Positions 24,988 through 34,506 of a DNA stretch of 64,000 nt are shown one piece after another. Where the stretch lies: positions 175,716 to 239,715 of the forward strand of contig JAVBWG010000011.1 in the NCBI GenBank assembly GCA_036677555.1, in the 5' to 3' direction. This stretch comes from Methanomassiliicoccales archaeon (GTDB lineage Archaea > Thermoplasmatota > Thermoplasmata > Methanomassiliicoccales > UBA472). Under the pieces are notes generated by a model. The model was given only the letters and a program-made list of their open reading frames with translations. It had not been told where the DNA came from and made no database searches. Each line of letters starts with the position of its first letter. Position 1 is the first letter of the stretch. The translations under genes and the position numbers were made by a program.

Positions 24988-27606
24988 TTGGAAGAGCAAG
25001 TAATCTCATTGTCGGCGAAGGGCGAGGCCAAGGATATCGGCGGGAAGGCCCGCAACCTGATGGACCTGATGGCCGCGGGGTTCCCGGTGCCGGAGGGATG
25101 GGTGGTCAGCACCTCGGCCTACGAGCGGTTCCTGGACCGGAACGGGCTGCGGCAGCGGATCTCGGAAGCGCTGATGGACCTGGACTACAAGGATGCGGTC
25201 AAGGTGGTCCGCTGCGCCGAGGCCGTGCGCAGCTGGATGATGGCCGGGGAGATGGACCCCCAGCTTGCCGAGCGGCTGCTCAAGGCGACCGAGCCCTTCG
25301 GCCATTCCGGACTATGGGCGGTGCGCTCGTCGGCGATCGCGGAAGATCTGGAAGAGGCTTCCTTCGCCGGGCAGCAGGACACCTACCTGAACGTGACCAG
25401 GGAGAAGCTGGCCGACAGCGTGAGGAAATGCTGGGCCTCCTACTGGAACGATAGGGCCATCGAGTACCGCCACGACAACGGGGTGAACCACCTTGCCTCG
25501 GGAATGGCAGTGGTCGTGCAGCGCATGGTGAACGCCGATTCCTCCGGGATCATGTTCACCTCCGATCCCATTACCGGCGAGGAGAAGGTCATCATCGAAT
25601 CCAGCTGGGGTCTCGGCGAATCAATAGCCTCCGGCCTGGTCACACCTGACCGTTTCGTCTGCGATCCCGCCAGCGGCGAGGTCAAGGAATCCAAGATAAA
25701 CAGCAAGACCCAGGCAATATTCCTATCGCCGGAGGGGGAGAAGGTGGTGGATGTTCCCGAATCGGAGCGCAACCGGCCCTCCCTCACCAAGGGCAAGGTG
25801 GAGATGGTGGCGAGGCTTGGCATCCAGCTGCATAAGCACATGAGCTCGCCGCAGGACATCGAGTGGGCGGCGGAGGGGGACATGATCTATCTGCTCCAGT
25901 CCCGGCCGATAACCACCATAGGCGGCGATCTCACGCTTTGGACACGGGGGTACGGGGATGAGTACTGGGCGGATGTGACCTCGCCTTTGTTCTTCTCGCT
26001 GCTCGGCCCCTGGCTGACCAAGTACGTCAACTGGGAGGGCAGCGCCATAATGGGATACAAGGAGCTGACCAACAAGCCCCTGCTGAAGATCCACAAGGGT
26101 CACGTGTACTTCAACGCCGAGGTGCTGGAGGGCATGCTGATGTATAACCCCAAGTTCTCCCGCACCAAGGAGCTGCTGAACTACTTCCCGGAGCGGGACC
26201 AGCAGCGGATCGTGAATGCTGACTTCCGGACCGGGAAAAGGGTGATGGCCATGCTCCGCACGGCCATCCTGGATTGGGATGGCAACATCCTGCGCACCGA
26301 TAAGGCCTACAAGCGGTGGGCCAAACGATACATGAGATGGGCGGAGGAGTTCGATGTCCGGGATCTGACCGCCATTCAGGACGACAAGCTGGAGGCCGTA
26401 ATCTGGGAGATGGAGGAGCAGATGGTGAAGCACTACCGTCTTATCCGTTACGGCATGGTCGGGCACTCCATCGGCATGAACATGATCATGAAGCGCTGGC
26501 TGCAGGATTGGATCGGGGACGACAAGGGCGTCCTCTACTCCAAGGTCATCAGCGGGCTGAAGGGAAACAAGACCATAGAGACCAACATCGCCCTTAACCG
26601 CCTGGCCAATACCGCCCGCGCCGATGCGTACGTTCAGAGCAAGGTGCTGGGCCTGAGCTCGGCCGACGTCCTTGCCCAGATGCGCTCGGATGAGCGGATG
26701 TCGAACTACGCCAAGGAGTTCGATTCCTTCCTGAAGCAGTACGGGCACCGCTCCCATACCCGCGAGGTGTACTTCCCGCGCTGGGGCGAGGACCCCCGGC
26801 TGGTGGCGGACATCGTGCGCTCCCTCGTCTCATCGCCCGCGGTGGACCTGGAGGAGCTGGAGAGGCGCAAGGTCCGGGAACGCGAGGAGGCGGAGAAGGA
26901 GATCGTCTCCAAGATACGCAGGACCAAGCGCGGAAGGCTCAAGGCCCGCGTGTTCAACGTGATAAGGCGCTTCGCCCAGACCTACCTGATGTTCCGGGAG
27001 AACCAGCGCTATTACCTGGACCACATACTCTACAGGCAGCGCCGGGTGTACATGGAGTTCGCCCGCCGATTCCGGGAGAAGGGGATCATCGCCCAGGACG
27101 AGGACATATTCTTCCTCACGAAGGAGGAGATATTCGACCTGGCAAAAGGCGAGGGGAGGGAGGCTTTGGCCAAGATCGACGGGCGCCGCAAGGAGTTCGT
27201 CGAGTGGCGTGGCGAGCTGCCGCCTAAGTTCCTCAAGGGCATGGTGGAGTTCGACGACACGGTCAAGATGGTGGAGGACTCCACCCAGGTCACCGGGACA
27301 TCGGCAAGCCCGGGCGTGGCCACCGGACCCGTTCGGGTCGTGGATTCCATCGAACAGCTGTCCGAGATCAGGGAGGGGGAGATACTGGTCACCTCCAACA
27401 CCGACCCTGGCTGGACGGCTGTGTTCTCCAAGATCGCCGGTCTGATCACAGAGACTGGCGGAATCCTGTCGCATGGTGCGGTGGTGTCCCGGGAGTACGG
27501 CATCCCGGCGGTCACCGCGGTGAAGGGAGCAACGAAAATCTTCATAACGGGTCAGCGGATAACCCTTGACGGCAACGAAGGCCTGATATACATCAGGGAA
27601 GGATGA
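24988..27606 (+). CDS. PEP-utilising enzyme with N-terminal ATP-grasp (PPDK_N) and C-terminal swivelling His domain, no TIM-barrel domain (PpsA-like / rifampin-phosphotransferase-like architecture)
   Basis: 872 aa. N-terminal GGKARNL...AVRSSAIAEDLEEASFAGQQDTYLNV...IEWAAEGDMIYLLQSRPIT, a helical middle of about 450 aa, and C-terminal TSNTDPGWTAVFSKIAGLITETGGILSHGAVVSREYGIPAV. Confidence 0.8.
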   Translation: MEEQVISLSAKGEAKDIGGKARNLMDLMAAGFPVPEGWVVSTSAYERFLDRNGLRQRISEALMDLDYKDAVKVVRCAEAVRSWMMAGEMDPQLAERLLKATEPFGHSGLWAVRSSAIAEDLEEASFAGQQDTYLNVTREKLADSVRKCWASYWNDRAIEYRHDNGVNHLASGMAVVVQRMVNADSSGIMFTSDPITGEEKVIIESSWGLGESIASGLVTPDRFVCDPASGEVKESKINSKTQAIFLSPEGEKVVDVPESERNRPSLTKGKVEMVARLGIQLHKHMSSPQDIEWAAEGDMIYLLQSRPITTIGGDLTLWTRGYGDEYWADVTSPLFFSLLGPWLTKYVNWEGSAIMGYKELTNKPLLKIHKGHVYFNAEVLEGMLMYNPKFSRTKELLNYFPERDQQRIVNADFRTGKRVMAMLRTAILDWDGNILRTDKAYKRWAKRYMRWAEEFDVRDLTAIQDDKLEAVIWEMEEQMVKHYRLIRYGMVGHSIGMNMIMKRWLQDWIGDDKGVLYSKVISGLKGNKTIETNIALNRLANTARADAYVQSKVLGLSSADVLAQMRSDERMSNYAKEFDSFLKQYGHRSHTREVYFPRWGEDPRLVADIVRSLVSSPAVDLEELERRKVREREEAEKEIVSKIRRTKRGRLKARVFNVIRRFAQTYLMFRENQRYYLDHILYRQRRVYMEFARRFREKGIIAQDEDIFFLTKEEIFDLAKGEGREALAKIDGRRKEFVEWRGELPPKFLKGMVEFDDTVKMVEDSTQVTGTSASPGVATGPVRVVDSIEQLSEIREGEILVTSNTDPGWTAVFSKIAGLITETGGILSHGAVVSREYGIPAVTAVKGATKIFITGQRITLDGNEGLIYIREG

Positions 27607-28523
27607 TTCCAGTGGAAACCGACATTATTCACGAGCAGGGCGAACAGAAGAACTGGAACGAAAGTTTCTATTTCAGCTTCTATGACCGCGGAAACGACAT
27701 CTGCGGGTTCATGCGCCTAGGCCTGAAACCCAACAAGAACGAGAAGATGCTGTTCTGCTTCTTCATGATGCCCGACGGAACCCTCGTCGGAACCAAGGAG
27801 AGCCTGGAGTTCGACGCGGCGACGCTGAACGCCAAGGGCCTCACCTTCACCAAGGTGGAGGACGAGAAGGTTTGGAACCTTACGTTCGACGGCGAGCTTC
27901 CGGCCCACAAGAAGGGCGAGGACACCGTGGCCAAGGTCAAGTTCGACCTGCGCTTCGAGGGAACGAACCCCATGTTCAACTATCGCGACTGCGTGACCTC
28001 CGACAAGGAGGCGCTCGCCGCCAACGTCGCCTCCGAGCACCTGGAACAGATGGGAAAGGTGCTGGGCAGCCTGAAGGTCGACGATCGCGAGTACTACATC
28101 AAGGGATTGGGCGAGAGGGACCACTCCTGGGGAGAGCGCGACTGGACCGCGCCTCGTGCCTGGGTGTGGCTCACCTGCCAGGTCAGCGAGGACTTCGGAT
28201 TCAACGTCACCAAGCTGTACATGGACAAGGGCGACATCGACGCCGGGTTCCTGTACGTGGACGGAGAGAACCTTCCCCTGGTGAAGGTGGACATGGTGAC
28301 CGAGTACGATGCTGACGGCAGCCCGAACACCCTGTTCATGGCCATGTACGACAAGGACGGCGTCGTTTACGGTGTCAAGGGCGAGGTCAAGAAGAAGGCA
28401 ATCATGGAGTTCAAGGGCGAGAACGACCGCGGCTCCATCATGTTCGAGACCCTGGCCAAGTGGCGCATCGACGACGGCGAGGACGCCGGCTACGGCATCG
28501 CGGAATATCTGTTCAGGAAGTGA
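27603..28523 (+). CDS. Conserved hypothetical beta-rich protein, translationally coupled to the PEP-utilising enzyme
   Basis: 306 aa. ATGA overlap at 27603..27606. Motifs WNESFYFSFYD and GERDHSWGERDW. Family not confidently recognised. Confidence 0.6.
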   Translation: MIPVETDIIHEQGEQKNWNESFYFSFYDRGNDICGFMRLGLKPNKNEKMLFCFFMMPDGTLVGTKESLEFDAATLNAKGLTFTKVEDEKVWNLTFDGELPAHKKGEDTVAKVKFDLRFEGTNPMFNYRDCVTSDKEALAANVASEHLEQMGKVLGSLKVDDREYYIKGLGERDHSWGERDWTAPRAWVWLTCQVSEDFGFNVTKLYMDKGDIDAGFLYVDGENLPLVKVDMVTEYDADGSPNTLFMAMYDKDGVVYGVKGEVKKKAIMEFKGENDRGSIMFETLAKWRIDDGEDAGYGIAEYLFRK

Positions 28524-28773
28524 ACCGGCCGGCCCTGATCATCTCGATCAGGGAGATGCTGGAGATGTAGATGTCCGCCAACTCCCTGGCCTCCGGGACG
28601 GGAACCCCGTCCCGCACCAAGGCCTGGAAGAAACGGCGCCCCTCCTGCTTGGCCCTTTTCCGCATGCGCAGGTATGCGAACCCCAGGCTGATCAGCAGCC
28701 CGGGAACGGCCGCGGCGATGTAAATGATCGCCTGGCCATCTTCCTTTTGTTTTTGAGTTCTGACCATCTGCAC
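28513..28773 (-). CDS. Small membrane protein (one TM helix)
   Basis: 86 aa. TM segment AIIYIAAAVPGLLISLGFAYL is followed by a basic stretch. It starts 2 nt after the upstream stop. Its 3' end overlaps the convergent gene 27603..28523 by 11 nt. Confidence 0.5.
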   Translation of the reverse strand: MQMVRTQKQKEDGQAIIYIAAAVPGLLISLGFAYLRMRKRAKQEGRRFFQALVRDGVPVPEARELADIYISSISLIEMIRAGRFTS

Positions 28774-28775
28774 CC

Positions 28776-29057
28776 TCAGTCGTCCTTGTGGGCCGCTCCG
28801 CCGACTATGTTCTTGAGCATTCCCCCCAGGCTGAGATTGGACATGTAGTCCTTGGTCAGCTCGAACGCTTGCTCGTTGCTCATCCCCGCGTCCCGCAGCG
28901 CCTTGTAGAACGCGGCGACCGACTCCCCGAACTTGGTCCCCTCCTGCGCCCCGTAGAGCACCTTGGTTACGCTGTCCAGGAGCTTAGGCACCTGCTCGGA
29001 GAGCACGGCGAACATCTGTCTCAACTGTTCCGGGTCCGGCATATCGTTGTCGCTCAT
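28776..29057 (-). CDS. Small acidic helical hypothetical protein
   Basis: 93 aa with plausible composition, co-directional and tightly spaced with 28513..28773. Confidence 0.5.
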   Translation of the reverse strand: MSDNDMPDPEQLRQMFAVLSEQVPKLLDSVTKVLYGAQEGTKFGESVAAFYKALRDAGMSNEQAFELTKDYMSNLSLGGMLKNIVGGAAHKDD

Positions 29058-29153
29058 TTCCTCACCTCATCATGGTTGTTATCTGCACCTGCGCCTCGGC
29101 CTTCTTGTCCCACGTCGCCCATGGCTTCATGCACCTTCGTATGAGTGGTCACC

Positions 29154-29609
29154 CTACTTGGTCAGACCGAGCACCTGTGACCACCTCTTCACCACGTCCT
29201 CGGACAGGCGGTACGATCTCTCGTTCCTGCCCGCCTCCTCGATCACCAGCTTCTTCTCCGCCAGCTCATTGAGCTTCTCGCGCACTATGCGCCTGGACGA
29301 GCTTCCCCTTCTCCCTTTCAGCTCATCGGTGAGTTGGGAGATGTTCAGTCCGGGCCGGTCCAGGAGAATGCGCATGATGTCCTTGGAGATGGGGTCCTTG
29401 ACCTCCGGCACTATGGTGTCCACGGACACCACGCCGTACCGCTGGTAGAGGTCCATCAGCCGGAAGTACTTCCCCACGGTCTCCTGAAAGGTGGCCAGCT
29501 GGGCGGCGAGCTGCGAATACGGGACGGAGACCTGGCGGATGGCCTCCTCCAGCTGAGCGATGCGCTCAGTGAGCTCCTGTATCCGTTTCGCCTCCTCGTC
29601 CCCCGCCAC
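29154..29609 (-). CDS. Winged-HTH DNA-binding protein with an N-terminal coiled coil
   Basis: 151 aa. The N-terminal heptad-like segment (EEAKRIQELTERIAQLEEAIRQ) is followed by ILLDRPGLNISQLTDELKG...VREKLNELAEKKLVIEE, a wHTH pattern. Confidence 0.6.
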   Translation of the reverse strand: MAGDEEAKRIQELTERIAQLEEAIRQVSVPYSQLAAQLATFQETVGKYFRLMDLYQRYGVVSVDTIVPEVKDPISKDIMRILLDRPGLNISQLTDELKGRRGSSSRRIVREKLNELAEKKLVIEEAGRNERSYRLSEDVVKRWSQVLGLTK

Positions 29610-29655
29610 GGGGAAATGATGACGGTGAAACGCTTAATATTTTGTCGGTCATGGG

Positions 29656-30336
29656 ATGGTCATGGGCGAGGCCAAGCTGCGGATAGAGCGATCGCCGTTC
29701 CAGGGAGTGTTCCGCTCCGGGGACATGGTCCTGACCAAGAACCTCGCCCCCGGGAAGCGGGTCTACGGTGAGAGGCTGTTCTCCCAGGAGGGCGAGGAGT
29801 ACCGGGAGTGGTCCCCGGACCGCAGCAAGCTGGGCGCCTTCATCCGCAAGGGCGGGACTTCATTTCCCATCCGACCGGACTCGCACGTGCTATACCTGGG
29901 CGCCTCCAGCGGAACCACCCCAAGTCATGTTTCGGACCTAGTCCCGCAGGGAAGGGTGTACGCCGTGGAGATCTCTCCGCGCATGTTCCGCGATCTGGTC
30001 AGCGTTTGCGAGGACCGGCCGAACATGATGCCCATACTGGGCGACGCGACCAAACCGGACGATCTGGCCTTTCTGGTCGAGAAGGCCGACGTGGTGTACC
30101 AGGACGTGGCGCAGAAGAACCAGGCCGGCATGTTCGCCAGGGCCATGAAGCGCTTCTCGGCGCCATATGGAATGCTGGCGGTAAAAGCGCGCTCCGAGGA
30201 TGTGACCCGGGAACCGCGCGACGTCTTCCGGGACGCCGCCGCCTACCTGGGAAAGGAAGGTTTCATTGTCCTGGAGATGACCGACCTGGAGCCCTTCGAG
30301 AAGGACCATGCCATGATCGTTGTCCAGAAGCAATGA
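29656..30336 (+). CDS. flpA: Fibrillarin-like rRNA/tRNA 2'-O-methyltransferase
   Basis: 226 aa. LTKNLAPGKRVYGERL...EYREWSPDRSKLGA...VLYLGASSGTTPSHVSD...VYAVEISPR...DVAQ are the fibrillarin signature segments. Confidence 0.9.
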   Translation: MVMGEAKLRIERSPFQGVFRSGDMVLTKNLAPGKRVYGERLFSQEGEEYREWSPDRSKLGAFIRKGGTSFPIRPDSHVLYLGASSGTTPSHVSDLVPQGRVYAVEISPRMFRDLVSVCEDRPNMMPILGDATKPDDLAFLVEKADVVYQDVAQKNQAGMFARAMKRFSAPYGMLAVKARSEDVTREPRDVFRDAAAYLGKEGFIVLEMTDLEPFEKDHAMIVVQKQ

Positions 30337-30822
30337 TCATATCTTCTTCTCGAAGCAGATGCTTAGCTCTGAGCAATGGACCCGATCGGCGCATGGCACG
30401 CGCTCGTATCCCATCGACTCATACATCCTGACGGCCTCCAGCTGCTTGTCGGCCGTCTCCAGGAACAGCACCCTGTAGCCGAGCTCGGCGGCCTTCTCCT
30501 CCAGGGCGCCCATGATCCTTCGGCCGAAACCGTGGCCCCGGAACCCCGGCCGTACGAAAACCCGCTTGATGTGGGCGGTGCGCTCATCCAATGTGGTGAT
30601 CGCCCCGCAGCCGATCGGCATATCGTCCAGCCGTGCCACGAGGAAGGCGGCGCGAGGCAGCCGGAACTGCTCCAGAGGCGGGGGTTCGATGGTGGTCTCG
30701 CCGTACATCGCGTCCAGCTCCCGACGCATCTCCCACTGCAGATCGATCGAATCCTGGCATCCTGGCTCGACCGCACTGATCATCAGATCGCCCGCTGGAT
30801 TGGAACCCCCGTTTCCGACCAT
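30337..30822 (-). CDS. GNAT-family N-acetyltransferase
   Basis: 161 aa. VFVRPGFRGHGFGRRIMGALEEKAAELG is the acetyl-CoA-binding motif A. Confidence 0.8.
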   Translation of the reverse strand: MVGNGGSNPAGDLMISAVEPGCQDSIDLQWEMRRELDAMYGETTIEPPPLEQFRLPRAAFLVARLDDMPIGCGAITTLDERTAHIKRVFVRPGFRGHGFGRRIMGALEEKAAELGYRVLFLETADKQLEAVRMYESMGYERVPCADRVHCSELSICFEKKI

Positions 30823-30887
30823 GACCGGGAATACGGGAATCGGATAAATATGGATAACCCCTCTCCCTGGACGTTCGATATGAAGCG

Positions 30888-31265
30888 GTGATCCAACTGC
30901 CCAATGTGTACGCCATAGGTTTCCGGGGGGACCGCTATCTGATGGTCTACAACCCCAAGCGCGGGGGTTGGGAGATGCCCGGCGGCAAGCTGGAGGAGTT
31001 CGAGACGCCCCTGGAGGGGATCAAGAGGGAGTACAGGGAGGAGTGCGGCTTCGAGCTGGAGGTCTTGGACTGCCGGCCCATGGGGGCGGTGGTCATCTTC
31101 GCCGGCGTGCTCGGCAAGGAAGTGGAGGAGGGGGAGATGGGATGGGAGCTCATGGAGGAGCTGCCGCAGAACCTGGCCTTCCCGGAATGCGAGTATAGGG
31201 AGCAGATCGCCTGGGCCAGGGAGGCGGTCCGGACCAAGCTGGGAAAGGGTCTAACTCTTAAATAG
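30888..31265 (+). CDS. NUDIX hydrolase
   Basis: 125 aa. Nudix box GGKLEEFETPLEGIKREYREECGFEL. Confidence 0.8.
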   Translation: MIQLPNVYAIGFRGDRYLMVYNPKRGGWEMPGGKLEEFETPLEGIKREYREECGFELEVLDCRPMGAVVIFAGVLGKEVEEGEMGWELMEELPQNLAFPECEYREQIAWAREAVRTKLGKGLTLK

Positions 31266-31343
31266 TAGGAGTGAAATAGACGGTCACTTCGCCGCCACCA
31301 ACGAAGTAAATCATTTACAATATCAACATAGGATGATGTTCAC

Positions 31344-31802
31344 ATGGCAAGAATGCACGCCAGGAGAAGGGGATCTTCCCGTTCCAGGAGGCCCCTGCTG
31401 ACCGAGAACCCCGAATGGGTCCCGCTGTCAAACGAAGAGGTAGTCGAATTGGTGGTCAAGCTGGGAAAGGAAGGCATGACCACCTCCAAGATCGGAGTGG
31501 TCCTCAGGGACCAGCACGCCGTGCCCAGCGTCAGGCTGGCCACCGGCAAGACCGTCCTGGAGATATTGAACGAGAACGGCCTGTCGCCCAAGCTTCCCGA
31601 GGACCTGATGGCCCTGATGAGGAAGGCCATCAACCTGAACCTGCACATACAGAACGGCAACCGCGGCGACGTTTCCAACCGCCGCGGCCTTCAGCTAGTG
31701 GAGTCCAAGATCAGGCGCTTGGTGAAGTACTACAAGAACAAGGACGTCCTGCCCGCTGACTGGAACTACACTCTGAAGAACGCCGAGCTGCTCATCGAGT
31801 GA
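31344..31802 (+). CDS. rps15: 30S ribosomal protein S15 (uS15)
   Basis: 152 aa. MARMHARRRGSSRS, the N-terminus of the archaeal S15P/S13e type, and C-terminal LQLVESKIRRLVKYY. Confidence 0.9.
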   Translation: MARMHARRRGSSRSRRPLLTENPEWVPLSNEEVVELVVKLGKEGMTTSKIGVVLRDQHAVPSVRLATGKTVLEILNENGLSPKLPEDLMALMRKAINLNLHIQNGNRGDVSNRRGLQLVESKIRRLVKYYKNKDVLPADWNYTLKNAELLIE

Positions 31803-31809
31803 GTAGGAC

Positions 31810-33168
31810 ATGGACGCCGGCGTCCTTCCGGAAAACCTCTTACTTCGATTTTCCTTAGCCGCGGCCGCGGTTCGCGATTGCACCGAGGCGCGTGTCTTTT
31901 CCCATAACGACGCTGATGGCATAGGTGCTGCCAGCGTCCTCACGTCCATGCTGGTCCGGGCCGGCAAGGGTTGCCAGACCACCAATCTCAAGAGCCTCGA
32001 CCTTCCGGCGATCCAGGCCAGCCTGGTCAAGGGGGTGGACCTGCTGATCGTGGCCGACATGGGCTCAAGCGACCTCACCTCCCTGGAGGCCCTGAAGGTT
32101 AAGGTGATCGTGCTGGACCATCACCGACCGGAGAAGGATTCGGAGAAGGTCATGCACCTCAATCCTTCGGTCTTCAAGGTCGACGGGGCGCGGTACGCCT
32201 GCGCCAGCACCCTGTCCATGCTTCTGGCGGTGACGGCCGACGAGAACAATTGGGACCTGCTGCCCATGGCCTTCGCCGGCATGGTCGGGGACCGTCAGCA
32301 CCTGCAAGGCCTGAGCGGAGTGAACGCTCACCTGTACGCGGAGGGCAGCAAAAGGGGACTGGTGCAGGAGAAGAAGGGCTCCCTCCTGCCTCCGGGACCG
32401 GTCGGGGACGGCCTCATGCGGACCGCCCACCCGTTCATAAGAGGGGTGAGCGGAGACCCGCAGGGAATTGCCAGGCTATTGCAGGAGGCCAACGTGAGGG
32501 CGGAGAGCACCTGGGACGGGCTGGACGAGGGCGGTCGGAGAAGGCTGTCCTCCCTGATCTCGCTGCGCCTGCTGGAGCAGGGCTGCTCGCTTGGCAGCCT
32601 GGAGGATGAGCTCGCCCCGGACTACTTCTTCCCGCAGGACAACTCCCGCGCATACCAGCTGACGAGGCTGATCAACGCCTGCGGGCGGGTTGACGAGACG
32701 GCCCTCGGGCTGGCCATGCTGCTGGGCGTCAGGGAGGCCCGGGAGCGCGCTGAGGCCCTGGTGAAGGAATATGACGATATGCTGCTGGGGGCCGCCAAGC
32801 GGACGGCCGAGCGAGGCCTCTCCAAGGAGGTCGCCATCCAGCACTTCGAGTCGCCGCACAGGGAGGTGTCGAGCGAGCTCTGCGGCCTGGTGATGCAATG
32901 GGTCGGCGACCAGGACAAGGCCACCATCTGCCTGACGCGGATGGACAGGGAGTTCAAGGTGTCCTCCCGCGGGACCAGGAAACTGGTCGACAAGGATGGC
33001 CTGGACCTTTCCGTGGCTATGAGGGACGCCGCCGCTTCCGTAGGCGGAGTGGGCGGCGGCCATAACATAGCCAGCGGCGCGACGATACCGCTGGGGAAGG
33101 ACATAGACTTCCTGCAGGCGCTCGATTCGATCGTGGCAAAACAGATGAACCGGGTCAGCGCCAGGTGA
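31810..33168 (+). CDS. DHH-family phosphoesterase, archaeal RecJ/Cdc45-like
   Basis: 452 aa. HNDADGIGAASVL (motif I-II), VLDHHRP (DHH motif) and C-terminal GGGHNIASGA (DHHA1 GGGH motif). S15-RecJ-like adjacency is common in archaea. Confidence 0.75.
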   Translation: MDAGVLPENLLLRFSLAAAAVRDCTEARVFSHNDADGIGAASVLTSMLVRAGKGCQTTNLKSLDLPAIQASLVKGVDLLIVADMGSSDLTSLEALKVKVIVLDHHRPEKDSEKVMHLNPSVFKVDGARYACASTLSMLLAVTADENNWDLLPMAFAGMVGDRQHLQGLSGVNAHLYAEGSKRGLVQEKKGSLLPPGPVGDGLMRTAHPFIRGVSGDPQGIARLLQEANVRAESTWDGLDEGGRRRLSSLISLRLLEQGCSLGSLEDELAPDYFFPQDNSRAYQLTRLINACGRVDETALGLAMLLGVREARERAEALVKEYDDMLLGAAKRTAERGLSKEVAIQHFESPHREVSSELCGLVMQWVGDQDKATICLTRMDREFKVSSRGTRKLVDKDGLDLSVAMRDAAASVGGVGGGHNIASGATIPLGKDIDFLQALDSIVAKQMNRVSAR

Positions 33169-34141
33169 CCTCGACCTGGTCGGTGCGGAAGCGCTGATCC
33201 ACCGTGGTCTTTTCCATGGGATGCTCGATCCCGGCCTTATGCATGACCATGCCGGTCCAGGCGATCATCGCGCCATTGTCCATGCACAGCGTCCGGTCGG
33301 GGACGAACATGCGTGCGCCGCGGGCCTCGGCCATCTCTTGCACCATGCGCTGCAGGCGCTTGTTCTGCACGACGCCTCCGCCGAGCAGCACCTCCTCCTT
33401 CTCCACATGGGCCATGGCCCGCTCAGTCACCTCGGTGAGCATGGCGAAGCAGGTCTCCTGAATGCTGAAGCAGATGTCCTCGATCGATTCGCCCTTGTTT
33501 CGATGGGCGACGGCCGCCGTCAGTATTCCGGAGAATGCCATGTCCATGCCCTTGACGGAATAGGGCAGGTCCAGCAGCTTGCTGCCCTGGGCGGCGGCCT
33601 TCTCGATCTTGGGACCGGCATAATAGCCGAGGCCGATCTCACGGCCTAGCTTATCCAGCATGTTCCCGATTCCGATGTCCAGGGTCTCACCGAAAATACG
33701 GTAGCGACCGTTGGCGAAGGCGATGACCTGGGTGTTGCCTCCGGAGGCATAGAGGAGCACCGGGTCCTTGGCCTCGGTCTTGATCCTGCCGATCTCCAGG
33801 TGGGATATGCAGTGGTTGACCCCCACGATGGGAACGCTGAGGGAGAGCGACAGGGCGCGGGCGCCGGTGGCGACGGTGCGCAGGCACGGCCCCAGCCCGG
33901 GACCTTTTGAGAAGCATACCAGGCCGATGTCCCTGAAGCTGAGACCGGACCTATCGATCGCCTGGCGGACCAGGGGCACCAGACGTTCGGCGTGGTGGTT
34001 GGCCGCCTCCCTGGGATGGATGCCCCCTTCGGCCGGGCGGTACATCTCCAGCTCGTTCGCCAGGACGTTGCCTTCATCGTCTACTATCCCCACGCCCACG
34101 GTGTGGGCGGTCCCCTCGATCCCCAGGCAGTACATTTTCAT
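33155..34141 (-). CDS. kae1: tRNA N6-adenosine threonylcarbamoyltransferase Kae1
   Basis: 328 aa from the ATG at 34141. LGIEGTAHTVGVGIV...GIHPREAANHH...VNHCISHLEIG...LYASGGNTQ are Kae1/TsaD signatures. The track ORF to 34345 is a basic shadow extension overlapping the upstream gene. Confidence 0.9.
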   Translation of the reverse strand: MKMYCLGIEGTAHTVGVGIVDDEGNVLANELEMYRPAEGGIHPREAANHHAERLVPLVRQAIDRSGLSFRDIGLVCFSKGPGLGPCLRTVATGARALSLSLSVPIVGVNHCISHLEIGRIKTEAKDPVLLYASGGNTQVIAFANGRYRIFGETLDIGIGNMLDKLGREIGLGYYAGPKIEKAAAQGSKLLDLPYSVKGMDMAFSGILTAAVAHRNKGESIEDICFSIQETCFAMLTEVTERAMAHVEKEEVLLGGGVVQNKRLQRMVQEMAEARGARMFVPDRTLCMDNGAMIAWTGMVMHKAGIEHPMEKTTVDQRFRTDQVEVTWR

Positions 34142-34146
34142 CTGGC

Positions 34147-34377
34147 CTAGGCCAGCTCCTTGAGCTTGTTGATGATGACGATGGACCCCTCGAACACCTC
34201 GTCGTCGACGACCAGTATGGGAAGGTTCTTGTTGAGCAGCTCGTAGTAGGCTGCCTCGGCCAGACCGTCCGCCTCGGATGTGTTCACGATGCGCGGTTCG
34301 ACGCCTTCCGGCATGTGGGACTTGACGTATTCGCACTTTTGGCAATCCGGTTTGGTGAAGAGGATGATCTCCGTCAT
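34147..34377 (-). CDS. Glutaredoxin/thioredoxin-like small redox protein
   Basis: 76 aa. FTKPDCQKCEYVK CxxC motif in a thioredoxin-fold-like context. Confidence 0.6.
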   Translation of the reverse strand: MTEIILFTKPDCQKCEYVKSHMPEGVEPRIVNTSEADGLAEAAYYELLNKNLPILVVDDEVFEGSIVIINKLKELA

Positions 34378-34506
34378 TTAGCTCAGCAGATGCAAGGGCC
34401 GTCCCCTAATAAAATTTGCTTTGGAAATCAGACCACCAGTCAATGACTTTTCCCGCCCTCTGTTACGAAAGGCATATCAATTAGAACAACTTACGGCCAA
34501 TTCCAA

